Positions 25,489 through 37,200 of a stretch of DNA of 51,119 bases are shown one piece after another (position 1 is the first letter of the stretch; every line of letters begins with the position of its first letter). The position numbers and the translations under genes are program-made. This stretch comes from Girardia tigrina (Eukaryota): assembly GCA_001938485.1 (NCBI GenBank), contig MQRK01230303.1, positions 4,839 through 55,957 on the forward strand, in the 5' to 3' direction. The notes below the pieces were generated by a model. That model searched no databases. It worked only from the letters and a program-made list of their open reading frames with translations, and had not been told where the DNA came from.

Positions 25489-25619
25489 ATTTAGACTACT
25501 CGATGAGAATTGATCTTGTTCGACGTATTTCTGGGTAAGTTGTAATGATATCCTCATAATCTGTAGATTCCGAATTTCTATTCTTTGATATTGATTTATC
25601 CTTCTCTATCACTGCCACT

Positions 25620-26150
25620 TCGGGTTATCCAATCGACTCTTGATATCATTTAGCAACACCAAATTTTTCTCATCTACCTTGCTCTCCTACTTCGTTTCAC
25701 TCACAATTCTTTTTAGAAGACTAAACACTGGTCTTAACCAACCAGCAATAGGAAAATATCCGGTCATTCGTCCACACCACGAAAACACTTGCCGTTTTGT
25801 CGATACAGAAGTTGCTGACTTTGTTTAAATCTACCACGATATTGTCTATATACGAATCAGTAGCTTCTTTAATTTTTGGATCGCTTGTCAGTACGAATTC
25901 TTTCACAGCAAACATTATTTTTGGTGCCACGGCAACCCGAAACTAAGCCTGGCCGTTGTCCAATACAATAAGGGTAAGGTCAGACCAGTCTTGGATTTCC
26001 GGGAGTTGAACCAATATGTATTAAGTCATTCAGCGACCAGTGATGTGTGCAACTAGAAACTTAGGAAATTGCATCAAATGGAAACGAATCTTTGCATAAT
26101 AGATTTGAAAAACCCGTATATACAAGTAGAGACAAAATGTATATTCTGCC
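25620..26150. mobile_element. Gypsy-like reverse transcriptase relic with an internal inversion
   Basis: Plus strand from ~25950 reads VVQYNKGKVRPVLDFRELN...IDLKNPYIQV. Minus strand from ~25950 reads RLSFGL..APKIM...ATDSYIDNI (YIDD-like). Same family as 41593-42330. Confidence 0.8.
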
Positions 26151-26180
26151 CACAAGACCCCCCGGGTGGGAAGGTATCCC

Positions 26181-26551
26181 GTTGCCATGGCAACGGTTAT
26201 TATTGCAACGGTTCCGGTTACCATAGAAACGGTTCCGTTTCACTTGGAAACGCTTCTGATTAGTTCCCAGTATCCTAGCAGTGGTCGCGATCACCCTATC
26301 AACGCTTTTGATTGGTCCTTGGTTCCATAGAAACGGTCGCGTTCACCCTATCAACGCTTCTGATTGGTCCTTGGTTCCCAAGTAACAATGCGATCACCCA
26401 AAATACTTCTGATTGGTAGGTGGTTCCCTAGCAATGATTCCGATCACCATAGCAACGATTCCGGTTCACTTGGTAACAGTGATGCAAGATGGTTGTAACC
26501 ATGGTAACAGTTACGGTATCCATAGCAACCGTCACTCTTTCCATATCAACC
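26181..26551. repeat. Array of RFX X-box-like palindromes interspersed with CCAAT (CTGATTGG) boxes
   Basis: GTTGCCATGGCAAC (26181-26194), GTTACCATAGAAAC, GTTTCACTTGGAAAC, GTTCCATAGAAAC, GTTCCCAAGTAAC, GTTCCCTAGCAAT, GTAACCATGGTAAC and GTATCCATAGCAAC, plus three TGATTGG motifs in a ~50-bp repeat unit. Confidence 0.75.
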
Positions 26552-26559
26552 GAAGAAAA

Positions 26560-27620
26560 AAGTGCTAATCGATCACTGCACAGTGCACAAATGTGCTAAT
26601 CGATAGTGTACATTGTGCCGCACATTTTTAATGTGCTAGCACAGTGCTTTTTAAGTTGCATATGTGCAAAAGTGCAAAAATCAATACATAAATTTTTTTA
26701 AAAGTACTAGTTTCAAAAACCGATATCATGTGTTTGATGCACATTTTGATTCTCTATTTGAATGTGCAATTAGAAATTTCACATATTGATTACATTTTCC
26801 TATAATTAACATAATGTACAAATTTACACAAAATACACATCGATTTTAAAGGTACAAGGAAGCAGAATTTCATAAATGTGCTGATGAATTTGAATAATAA
26901 ATAATATACGTACATTCAGATTCCACATCAACATTTTCAAAAAGGTGTTGAAATATCGATATTTTCGAACATTTCTGAAATTATCAAAAAAGTGTTCAAA
27001 AATTGATTTTTTCGTATATATATATGAAACCTATATGATATATGTATGTTGTCTACCATCATCCAATACCTCATGAATCACCCAATGTAACTCATCATCA
27101 ATCACAAGTACCATGGTTACAGTAACCAAGATGCATAACATTTTATTTTACATGTAAAATATACATGTATAAAACTCCTATAGTACTTAAAACGTGTATA
27201 GACATTATACATAACATGTACATGATCTGCTAAAGTAGCTGATATAGACATTAACCATCAAAAGTACCATGGTTCCCGTAACCGGATCTAAATGCATAAC
27301 TTTTTAATATTATATATAAAAACAATCTAAAACACCTTAGAAACCATCACTGTTATTATTAAAACCTTGAACAACACCTTAAAAGACACCTTAAAAATCC
27401 TCGAAAACATGTAAAAACCACCAAAATTACAGAAAAAAAGTGTAAAAATCAAAAGTGCACTCATCTACACATGTGCTAATCAATACTGGACTAGGCTGTA
27501 CATGTGCTAATCAATACTGAACATTTTCTAATCATTAATGTATTAGGCTGCACATGTGTTAATCAATACTTCACATGTGCAAGTGTGCAAAATCAATAAG
27601 TTCAGAATTGTGCAAAGTGC
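26560..27620. repeat. Clusters of short GTGC(A/T) / ATGTGCTAATC repeats
   Basis: Repeated GTGCTAATCGAT / GTGCA motifs at ~26560-26680 and ~27455-27620, and an AAGTACCATGGTT...TAACC..ATGCATAAC direct repeat at ~27106 and ~27262. Confidence 0.55.
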
Positions 27621-28356
27621 AATATATTCATGTTTTAATATAATATAATGTAAAGTGTGGGAGAATGTCCATAGGGTATATAAGGCGAATAAAGCAAAAT
27701 ATCGAAAATCTGTCTGAACACATGGATAGTAACTCATATATAATCTTATGATCTCAGAATATGATCTTAGATTTTTGAAAAAATTAATACGTAGTGCTTT
27801 TTCAAACATATGCACATTATGTGTGCAAATATTATATTGTTGGGGTTTCGAAAAATACATATGAACACTTTTGATAAAATTTTATGTAGAAAAAATTTTA
27901 AAATAATTCTTTTGGTTAAATTATTAATTTCAAATAAAATAATATTTAGTTTAACAAAACTTGGAATTAAAAATTATAAATATTTTAGTCTTTGTTTTAC
28001 TTTATCAATTTTCAAGGCTGATGAAAATTACTATATAAACAGCAGCAAATCTAGTTTTAGTTTGTCCCAAAATATTTGCTGAAAAGTTCGACCAACAAGA
28101 ATTCTCGTAAACAAGTAGAGTGAATACCAAATTTACTTTATTCTATTCTTTAAAATATTGTTTTAAAAAAAACCATAAGTATCCCGTATGGGAGAAAAAG
28201 GTTTTTAAATTTAAAGTTTTAATCAAATCATCGTTCGTTTTTGGAGATTCACAGTTTTTACTGTAATCTGTTAACTCGCACGAAATATTGATTTGTGTTT
28301 GTATTCTGTCATCAAGAATTGAATTATTATTATTGTTTTAATTTATTTACATTTAA

Positions 28357-31300
28357 TCAACTTAACTGTTTGGTATCAGCTCCACGCGTATATAAGGCAG
28401 AACGTAACCATCTTCGATATTCTTCAGCCTTTTGAGCATTGGGTATATTTTTTAACCATTCTCTTGTACTTATGTTCTTACAGTTTTTACACCATGATGT
28501 ATTACTAAATTCATAAATGTCTTTAACTTCTTTACATTTTGTACATATTTCAAATATATTTTCTTGAACAACTGTGTTAAATTGAACTTCTTCTACTTTT
28601 TCATTCTCATAAATATCTTCTTCATGATATGATGATGCTTTATCAACTTGAAAAAATGATTCTTCTTCTATTTCCCAAGTCACATCATCAGAAATATCCA
28701 CTACCATTTTTCCATTTATTGCTTTATAATTTGAAATATAATAAGGATTCATCTTTGAATTTGCATCAGGTTCTCTCCTTTTTAAAAGATTCACATCATG
28801 TGTAAAGGTTTTAATGATGCAATCTTTTTTATCTGATTTCTTAATTCCATGTTGATAATCTTTTTCCCATGGTTTTATAATTTCCGAAGAAACATTTTCA
28901 GTTGATATTAATTTGAAGAAATCATCTGATTTAACTTTCTTTTTTATTTCCTTTGAATGTTTTCTTCTCTAATATCATTACATCGTTTAAAACTATGTTA
29001 TATTTTATTTTAGGTGCAATATATCGTCCAAATATAATTCCACCTTCTCCATAATCGTTTTTGCCTTGCCACATATTACCTCCAACGTAACCATTAGCAT
29101 TTAATTGATCATAATATTTTTAGATATATAAATTGAATAAGAATCTGAATAATATACATGAGGTTTTTTAAATCCATCAATAGTTTGTATAAATTTATTC
29201 ATGAATCTTTTTGAGTGTGCTAAAATAAATGATACAAAATGAACAGGGGTTGAAATGAGTTTTTATGTTTTTTACTTGATTTTATAATTCATTCTTTAGC
29301 TTCTTCAAATGTTAAATCAATTCCTTTTCGATTTTTCTTTCGTTTCACAACCCATAAATCTTTTCATTATTATTAAATCAACATAATTTTGTTTTAAGGT
29401 TGAAGTGCTCCAAATAAACATTTGATAATCCCCATTTGAATTGTTTTGCCATATAGTGAATTCATTAACAGTTTAACCATTTCATCTCCTACTTGATTTC
29501 CTTCAGCTTTATATTGTTTTCTTAAGTTGAATAATTTTTGAATAAATGATTTAAATGGAGACTAAGGTAAGTTTCTTTCATAAACAGTACCCTCATATAT
29601 ATTTAAGATTTCTCCTCCAGTTTCTACAATTTCTTGAATATCTACACTTGTTAAAACATCTCTAGCATATCCATTTCTAAATCTATTTACTTCATATTTA
29701 TTAGATTTCTCTCCATCTAAGATATTGTCTTTTACTGGAAGATGTTGTAAGAAGTTATCCGGTGGATAATGATATTTCACGTCAAAAAACCCTGTTCTTG
29801 GTCTAAACTTTTTAGAATTAAATAGTTTTAGAAATTCAAATTCGTCTTCTGGTTTAAATGCTCCTGCTGATTTAATATCAAGAAATTCACTATCATCATC
29901 GCTCATAGCACTTGGATATAAACTTGTAGCATCAAATGCCATTAAAAAATCAATTATCACAATTTTTGAGATTTTTATCTCTTCTCTAATTTCTAGAAAC
30001 TTTTTAACTGTTTCATTTTCTAGACATTCCTCCGGTATTGGTTTTTTAAGCCGTTTAAAGTCTTTCTGTCCTACTATTTTTAAAGTTGAATTTATAATCG
30101 ATGTCTTATACCATTACACAATTCAGGAATTTTTGTAAAATCGACATCGACATGTTTATTTAAAATCTTTAATATTTCATGCCATAATGGTGAATTGAAA
30201 TCTCTAATTGATGCAAACACTCTTCCTCCTGTGATTGATTTTCTAATAAAATCTCTCAGATATGGTTTTGAATGCGTATTAATGGGTTCTTTCTCAGGCT
30301 TAAACCATCATTTTAATGTTAAAGATGGAATTGTAAGACATGATGACATGTTTTGACCTACTAAATCCATCATCACTTTTGAATATTTTAAAACACAACA
30401 TGCTGCAGATATTACATCAAGTCTAAGATATGAGTCCCATTCGTCGCGTTTACTATGCTAATTACTTAATGTATGGTTTTCGTGATCTAATTTAGATTTT
30501 CTTAAATTCATAGGTATTTTAAATGTTTGACACATTGATTCTAAACTATATTTACAATGTTTATAAGAGTCTATAAATATTAGTTTTTGTAAAAACTGAC
30601 CGTTTAAATTTTTCTTTCTTGTTTTTTTCATAAACGATTGTTTAATTAATTCTTGATTTTGTGTACTTGTGAAAGGATTTGTATTTTTCCTAAATATTTA
30701 AATATATCGGTTAAACAAATTCTAATTCATTCGAATATTTGTACATTTTTATTAATTTCATCTAGTATAAGTTGATTGAGATTTTCTCCTGGATTTAAAG
30801 ATTCTCCTAAAATATTTTCAACATCTTTAATGCGTACAATTCCAACAACCAAGGTTCAAAATAACCCATTTTATTTGGTGATCCTTCTAAATCCCAGAAG
30901 AATGTATTATCTTCATTTACATTTTTTGTATTTATAATATAATTTATAATATCTTTAACATTTTTATCATTAGAAGTGATTTTGAATTTTGTAAAATTCT
31001 TTTTAATTTCTTCAATGCCTTTCTGTTTATTTTGTTTATCTATGAGACAATAGTGATTTTGATAAAGATAGAAAACCATGTCATCATTATTATCTCTAAC
31101 ATTTTTATTTGGATAAAGATGTCTATTATTTTCATCATATCTTAGAAAATTTGTATTAAATTTATTATTAAAGGATGCCATCTTTTTTCCGTCATAACAC
31201 CTTTTCCTGTATGACCACTATTACCATGTAAAAACTTTTTATATTTTTCAATCATAATTTCATTTATACATTCATATAGTGTTTTAGGTACAAAACATTT

Positions 31301-32113
31301 ATCTCCTTTATATGGGATAAGATCACGAGATTTTATAAGTTCTGCAATACCTGCAAGTGGTTTATCATAATTCACTAAAGCAGCGTAAATAAACCCTAAA
31401 TGTTGATAAAAACATAATAAAACTGAATCATGTTTAGTGGTATCAACATCATAACAGAATTTTCCACCAATAAATTTTCCTCGTGAATCTTTACGTACAT
31501 CATAAATCATAATATTAAACTTTTCTAAAAATGCTCCAAAATTTGATTTAATTTTCTTTGCGTTTAGCTTATTGATACATTTTATAAAACAATTTCCATT
31601 TGTGGGAATATAACAATACTCATTAGTGAATTCTTTTATATTATACCTAAAATCTATACCTTTTCCATACCTACTACGCTTTAATCTAGAAAATTCATCC
31701 TTTACAAATCTCACAACACCCGTATATGTATAAGGTGTTTCGTCAGAGGTTTCGTTAAACCTGTTTCTAAATGCTTCTAATGCTTGAAGATGAGAAAAAG
31801 CTGGAGGCCTATCACCAAAAACAGTTTTTCCGATGTCATTTCTTATTGCAGTACCAGGTATATCTACAACATATCCTTCTCTTAATTTACTTTCTACAAA
31901 ATTGAAAACATCTGTTAGATCTGTATTTTTAAAATATATTACTTCTGGAGGATTAAGCATTTCTCTAATGTCAAAGATAATATCATCATTATCAAGTTGT
32001 TGTTCCATTTCTTTTATACGTTTTTTGAGTTCCTTTAGTTTTTTATCCATTTTCTCTTTTTGCTTCCTTAATTCTTCTAAAGTCGTAGACTGCGGAATGT
32101 TTTTTCGCGCCAT
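28357..32113 (-). mobile_element. Polinton/Maverick (adintovirus-like) protein-primed DNA polymerase B pseudogene
   Basis: Frameshifted fragments in the expected order: N-terminal IPTNGNCFIKCI..LYQNHYCLI (vOTU-like), Exo I FWDLE, FIDSYKH, Exo III YLRLDV, motif A FDATSLYPSAM, motif B VKLLMNSLYGK (~29445-29480), a degenerate motif C YYSDSYSIY (~29130-29155), and a C-terminal CxxC..WCxxC. Confidence 0.9.
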
Positions 32114-32182
32114 TTTTTAAATAATTTTTTTATATAATGAATTTGTTTAATATATATATATATATATATATATAATAAAATT

Positions 32183-32413
32183 TCAAACTTTTACTTGTTT
32201 TTGTAAATTTGGTCTTACATTTCTTAGTCCTAATTCTTTTCTTGAACGTTTATAAATTTTAAGTAGATCCATAATTTCATGTTCTTTTGGAGTAATTTGA
32301 TGTATTAAGATAATTTTCCAACAATTGTTATAAGCAAGAAATGTATTTAAACTAAAATGATACAATGGAAGTTTTTCATCTTTTGATAATTCTTCGAGGT
32401 ATTGTTTCTCCAT
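32183..32413 (-). CDS. Small hypothetical ORF upstream of pPolB (Polinton-associated)
   Basis: ATG ORF of 76 aa, co-oriented with and just upstream of pPolB. Both ATGs are preceded by TAAAATG / TAAAAAATG. Confidence 0.35.
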   Translation of the reverse strand: MEKQYLEELSKDEKLPLYHFSLNTFLAYNNCWKIILIHQITPKEHEIMDLLKIYKRSRKELGLRNVRPNLQKQVKV

Positions 32414-32731
32414 TTTATTTAATAATATTTTACGTGAAAAAATATTTTCATCATTTTTTTATTTATTTATTTTTATATTTATAATTTCTTTCTATGATTT
32501 TATTTATAGTATTTTGAGGGAATTTCGATGAATTTCAGTCATTTTTTGATGTAAGAAAAAATAAAATGTTACTATGAAAAAAGTGATATTTTTTAAGTTC
32601 GTTTCTGTTTTAGAAATGATAGCATTTTTCGATGAATTTCAGTGATGTTTTTATATTTTTACAAATGTAGTATACACAAAGTTTTTATAGATTTTACAGA
32701 TTTTTCCTATTTTTTATTTATAGTTTTTCAT

Positions 32732-33057
32732 AGTAGTAATAGTGAACTTGGAAGGGGACGCAACACCTTTTTTTAAGAAAAAAACCCCTGTTTTCAGCTC
32801 TAAACACTATAGATTAATAAGTTTATAAACCATTGAAAGAAAATAGCAAACGATGAAAGAAGTTATTGATGTGTTTTTAAATTAAATATAATTTTAAAAC
32901 AATTTTACTGATTAAAAATATAAAAATATAAAACATGACCTGTTTCCGGCTTAAACTAGTCTAAAGACAGTGAAATCAGGGTCGAATTGGCTGAAAACAG
33001 GGGTGTTTTTTCTTAAAAAAAAGGTGTTAAGTCCCTTCCAAGTTCACTATTACTACT
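32732..33057. mobile_element. 326-bp fold-back with ~67-bp inverted arms beginning AGTAGT (Polinton-type terminus or MITE)
   Basis: AGTAGTAATAGTGAACTTGGAAGGG(G)AC..AACACCTTTTTTTAAGAAAAAA..CCCCTGTTTTCAGC and its reverse complement ending CTATTACTACT at 33057. No TSD seen. Confidence 0.8.
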
Positions 33058-33059
33058 GA

Positions 33060-33250
33060 TGGGCGGCTACCCTGAAGCTCATCTTCTAAGTTGGTACTGC
33101 CAGTGCGGAACTTTTGAGACCAACGCTGCACCGAACATTCCTTGAGAATTCCCGTGCCCCAGACTTAGTTGATAATTTGAGCGTGGCAGCTGAATTACAC
33201 CCTATCTTGATCTCGGAGAAGTAAATGTTGTGAAAATCACGTTTTGACAT
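33060..33250 (-). mobile_element. Mariner transposase N-terminal (HTH) fragment truncated at the AGTAGT fold-back
   Basis: Minus strand reads MSKRDFHNIYFSEIKIG... and ...VQRWSQKFRTGSTNLEDE..GSRP, matching the mariner consensus VQRWFxKFRxGxxxLED..RSGRP. Confidence 0.75.
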
Positions 33251-33493
33251 CTTCAATTGAAATCGAAATTATTAACAAAGAAACATTATTATAAGTTTTA
33301 GACAAATATATCTGAAAGATTGTGAATTAAGCTTTCGAATGACTCATAACATCATACATGCTTTAATCGTATAACATTGCGGTAAATATAAAAAATCAAA
33401 AACCTGAATTCTTTTTGCAGCAACATTAACAAAAAAAGATATTAAACAAAATACCCAAAAACAGAAACAATTATTGAAAACTAAATTATATTT

Positions 33494-34205
33494 TTACAAA
33501 TTATTAGTGAAGTTTATCCATTCCTTCACTAATTTTTGCTCATTCTCATTCAATGTCATTTGAGAATTGTGAATGTTATCTTTTGGTATTTGCTTTCTTA
33601 AAATATCAAATGCGTGTTTCATATTAATTCTTGCTTGAAATTCTTTCGATTTAGTCAAATATAAAAGAACGTGTAAATTTGACAAAGCAATAAATTTATC
33701 TTCTTTCATGAAGTGATTCATATATGCTTTAAAAGTGTTATAAGTTTGACATTCATTTATATTTTCTCTATTTTCAATAGGGAATCGACTGCCAGAATTC
33801 GAATTTTTAGAAAGGGTGAACATTTCGTCGACTGAAAAAGCTACATTTAAACTAACAAGAAAATATTCCACTGGTACGGACCGAGCCTCTTTTGTGACTG
33901 CATTTCCGTATTTATCAATTTTTTTGTACAAGATATCAGGTATAAACTGATTCTGTAATGCAAGTTTGGTGTATACAAGCTCGGGAGCGTCAAACAACGG
34001 TACCAGAATATTTTCCTTCACTAATTCCATGCAGTGATTTGATACTTGATATCCTTCAAAATCAATTTTATTCTCTTTATTTCCAGTGACGATTATAGTA
34101 ACAAATTTTGATCCATATTTTCCATCTGGATTTAAATTGCACTTGTTGGGAAAAATGTTTTGTAAAGTGGCTGCAGTTATGCATTCTTCCGCTGTCATTG
34201 TAAAA
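33494..34205 (-). pseudogene. NPLOC4: NPL4 (nuclear protein localization 4, p97/Cdc48 cofactor) C-terminal half, intronless, 5'-truncated by a repeat
   Basis: EECITAA..QN..PN.C...PDG.YGSKFVT..VTG....I.FEGYQVSN.CM.LV, PD..YK..DKYGN.V...AR..PVEY, FPIENR and LSN.H.LLYL are NPL4 hallmarks. The frame is open for 234 aa and abuts the AT-rich repeat at ~34207. Confidence 0.85.
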
Positions 34206-34206
34206 T

Positions 34207-37200
34207 GTAATAATTGTAATTAATATTCTTTTAATTTAAAAAATTAGTAAACAATAAAAATGTTTTTTTACATTTGTCAGTAAATTTATGAATATTTTTT
34301 AGTTAAATTTAAAATTAATATTTAATACACTATTGGGTTCTTGATGAAAAGAATTTATCATCAACACAAAATTTTATTTCTACCACAATTTGAGTTTTTT
34401 TAAAAAAATATTTCCGAGGAACTTTTGCACTTTCTTTTTACACAAACCATTATAAATAAGAATTGATATAAATATAAATATGGTTATCGTATTTTTTTCG
34501 AATTAAAATTTTATACTTTTTTTTAATAAAGAATTATAAAAAGAATTAAAATTTTGTCAAAGATTTTGTTTCGTCTTTTATTAAATTTCAATTTTATTGT
34601 ACCTTGAAATTTACTTGTTTCTCAATTAAATTTCCCAATTCTATACAATAGCATTTTCATTTCGTTTTCATAATAGTTATAAAAATTACTTTGGATTTAA
34701 TAATATTCGAAAATAGAATTTAAATTCGCTATTTCGTTTAATTTAACATTTTTTAAATTACCCCTTTTTTACATAAAAATAAAATTATATTTCCATTAAT
34801 AATTACGTTTTCCAAATAAAATTAAAACCGCAGTTTCATTTAAATCGATTTAATAGTTTTACAATTATATTTTGATTCCAATTAAAATTTCCAAAAAATA
34901 AAATTAAAGTGACATTTTTAATTTACTTCGATTTTATCGTGTAAAATAAAAGAAAGTTACAAAAATATTTTAGTTTACTTTCATTTCGCAAATAAAATAT
35001 TAAACTTTTGATTTTATTTCACTTAAATATTTTCATCAAATTTGAAATTAACTTTTTTATTTTATAATAAATCTTTTAATAATAAATCTTTTTAATCTCT
35101 CGAAATCAAAAATATTTTTTATCTAATTTTCTTTTATTAATAAGATATTAATTGAACAAGATATACGTAAACTCATTTTTCACTATCAGAGACGTGATTT
35201 AACAAGCTCAAATCTCTGTAAGGAGAATAATGCAACTCTTGGATAAGGTCCGATGAGTTTACGGATGTGTTCTAAATGGATAGAGAAATTCAGGAATTGA
35301 GATAAATCACAAGAAGACCAAGCAAAAGAAGGCAGACAATCGATAGAATTGTGTAAGCAATTTGATGAGATTGTGCAAGAGAATACAACCGCAACTATGT
35401 GGACAAAGGCATCGCAACTGAATGTTTCGCAAGATGCAGTCTGGAAATATCTGAAGAATATGAGGAAGAGTTTCATGTGCAATACATGGGTGACGCATTA
35501 TTTGTCTGATGAAACGAGGCAAAAAATCATTGAAATTTGTATCGAACCACCAATGAAAGAATTTACTGCATAGCTTTTTAACATGATACGATATTTGAAT
35601 GCATTTTGATAATTCTTTTTTCAAAATCTATGGAACAGTCACAATTAAGCACAAAACACATAACTTCGATATGTGCTTCTGAAAAAAACAATTATCTGGA
35701 ATATTTTGGGATTGTTGGAGAGTACTTCTTATTAGCATACTCAAAAACTGACTCAAAAGGAAGACTGATTGCTTCTTGCGCCACCATCACGATACTGCTA
35801 CTAAAGCAAAGGCGAATCTGTAAAAAAATAGAACTTCAACGGCTTCCTCAACCACAATTCTCTCCAAACTTTCTCCATCAGATTTTAATACATTCGTTTC
35901 CATGAAAGTAATACTGAGATGAAAGAAATTCACATGTTTGATTGTCACTCCGGTGTACGTCGAACGTTGGATTGGATGCAAGGATTTAGTGTTCTTCGTC
36001 GATAGTGTCAAAAAACGTCCTGGTTGTAGGGAACGATGTGTAGCATACTGTGGTAGCTATAAGGAGTTTTGACGAGATAATGACGAATAAATATTGCGTG
36101 TTATATGACTTTTTGTTTTAACTCGGAAAAGACTTATCGGCCAACCTATATTCACAAACTTTTGATTTTACGATTCCTTAGACCACAATGCACAAACATT
36201 TCCCTGTGCCTTGCTACCCTCAAACCTAAGTCATCATTAGAATCATTACATGATCCTTTGGGAGACATTTCCTAAAATAATTCATAATTATGTATCGTAA
36301 TATATTTACTCAAGTTCTACAAAAATTTGAACGTATGATTTCTCAAGTGGTTGTAAAATAGTGCTGTGATTTGACTTTATACGCTGATGTTTTGTAAAAT
36401 ATTTATTTAATAGAATGAACAAGTTTTTACTATTCACAATGTCATCATTTATGCAGAACATTTATTAATAGCACAAACAGAATCGCCATTTTACCAATTT
36501 TCAATCGTTCATCTTCCTTTGCGAAGACATTGATAACCTTTTCAATCCAAAATTGACAGACTCCAAATTAATTTAATAATTAAAATTAATTATCGATTTT
36601 ATTATTGATTAAATTATGTTGAAAAACTTTACTGATTTTTAAAATATTAATTATTTAAAATTAATTTTTACAAAATTTCAAAGCTTATTTGATACTTAAA
36701 ATTTTAAATTAAAGTGAGTAACTTCCAAATAATAAAAACGAAAAATACTAATCAGCCATCAAGGTAGAGAAGACCCATTGAAGAGTAACATTTACATATG
36801 TCACTAAGCGCATATTATTCAAAAATATTTAATTGCAATGACATAAAAATACTTTGAGAATTAATACATACGAATGGAGAATAAATATTGCTGTAGGAGA
36901 GAGAAGACGGAACTTTGTTGGGAACTTCTTTTCATTTGTTGCATTACTTTTGTTCGGGTTCCTTTTTGTGAACTTTAATTATTGATATTTTTTAAATTTT
37001 TGATATTTTGAAATTAAAAATCATATTTTGTATTTTTTAAAAAAAGTAATGTTCGACTAATTAAAACGAAATAAGTTTTAAATAAAGAATTTTTTAGTTT
37101 ATAGATAATATTTTAATTAAACTGGGACGATTTTTTATAAAAATTGTTTTAGAAATTGACAATTAAAATAACAGCTTTGGAGTGAAAGAATATTGTAAAG

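Larger units (their letters stand above)
22560..25612 (-). pseudogene. Ankyrin-repeat-containing intronless ORF relic interrupted by the hAT element
   Basis: NQTPLQVTI, GVTALMDAIRN and QDHKGETAII are ankyrin-like motifs (22560-22862). After removing the hAT and one TSD, the frame continues from ~25612 (..PEIRRTRSILIE*SKLIEDKIQ..) with in-frame stops. Confidence 0.55.

Noticed and set aside
26181-26551. CRISPR-like array
   Set aside because: Eukaryotic context, degenerate repeats without unique constant-length spacers, and no cas genes.
28660-28695. Hammerhead-like CTGATGA...GAAA on the minus strand
   Set aside because: No stem II or flanking stems, and it lies in coding sequence. Other CTGATGA occurrences checked also lacked the core.
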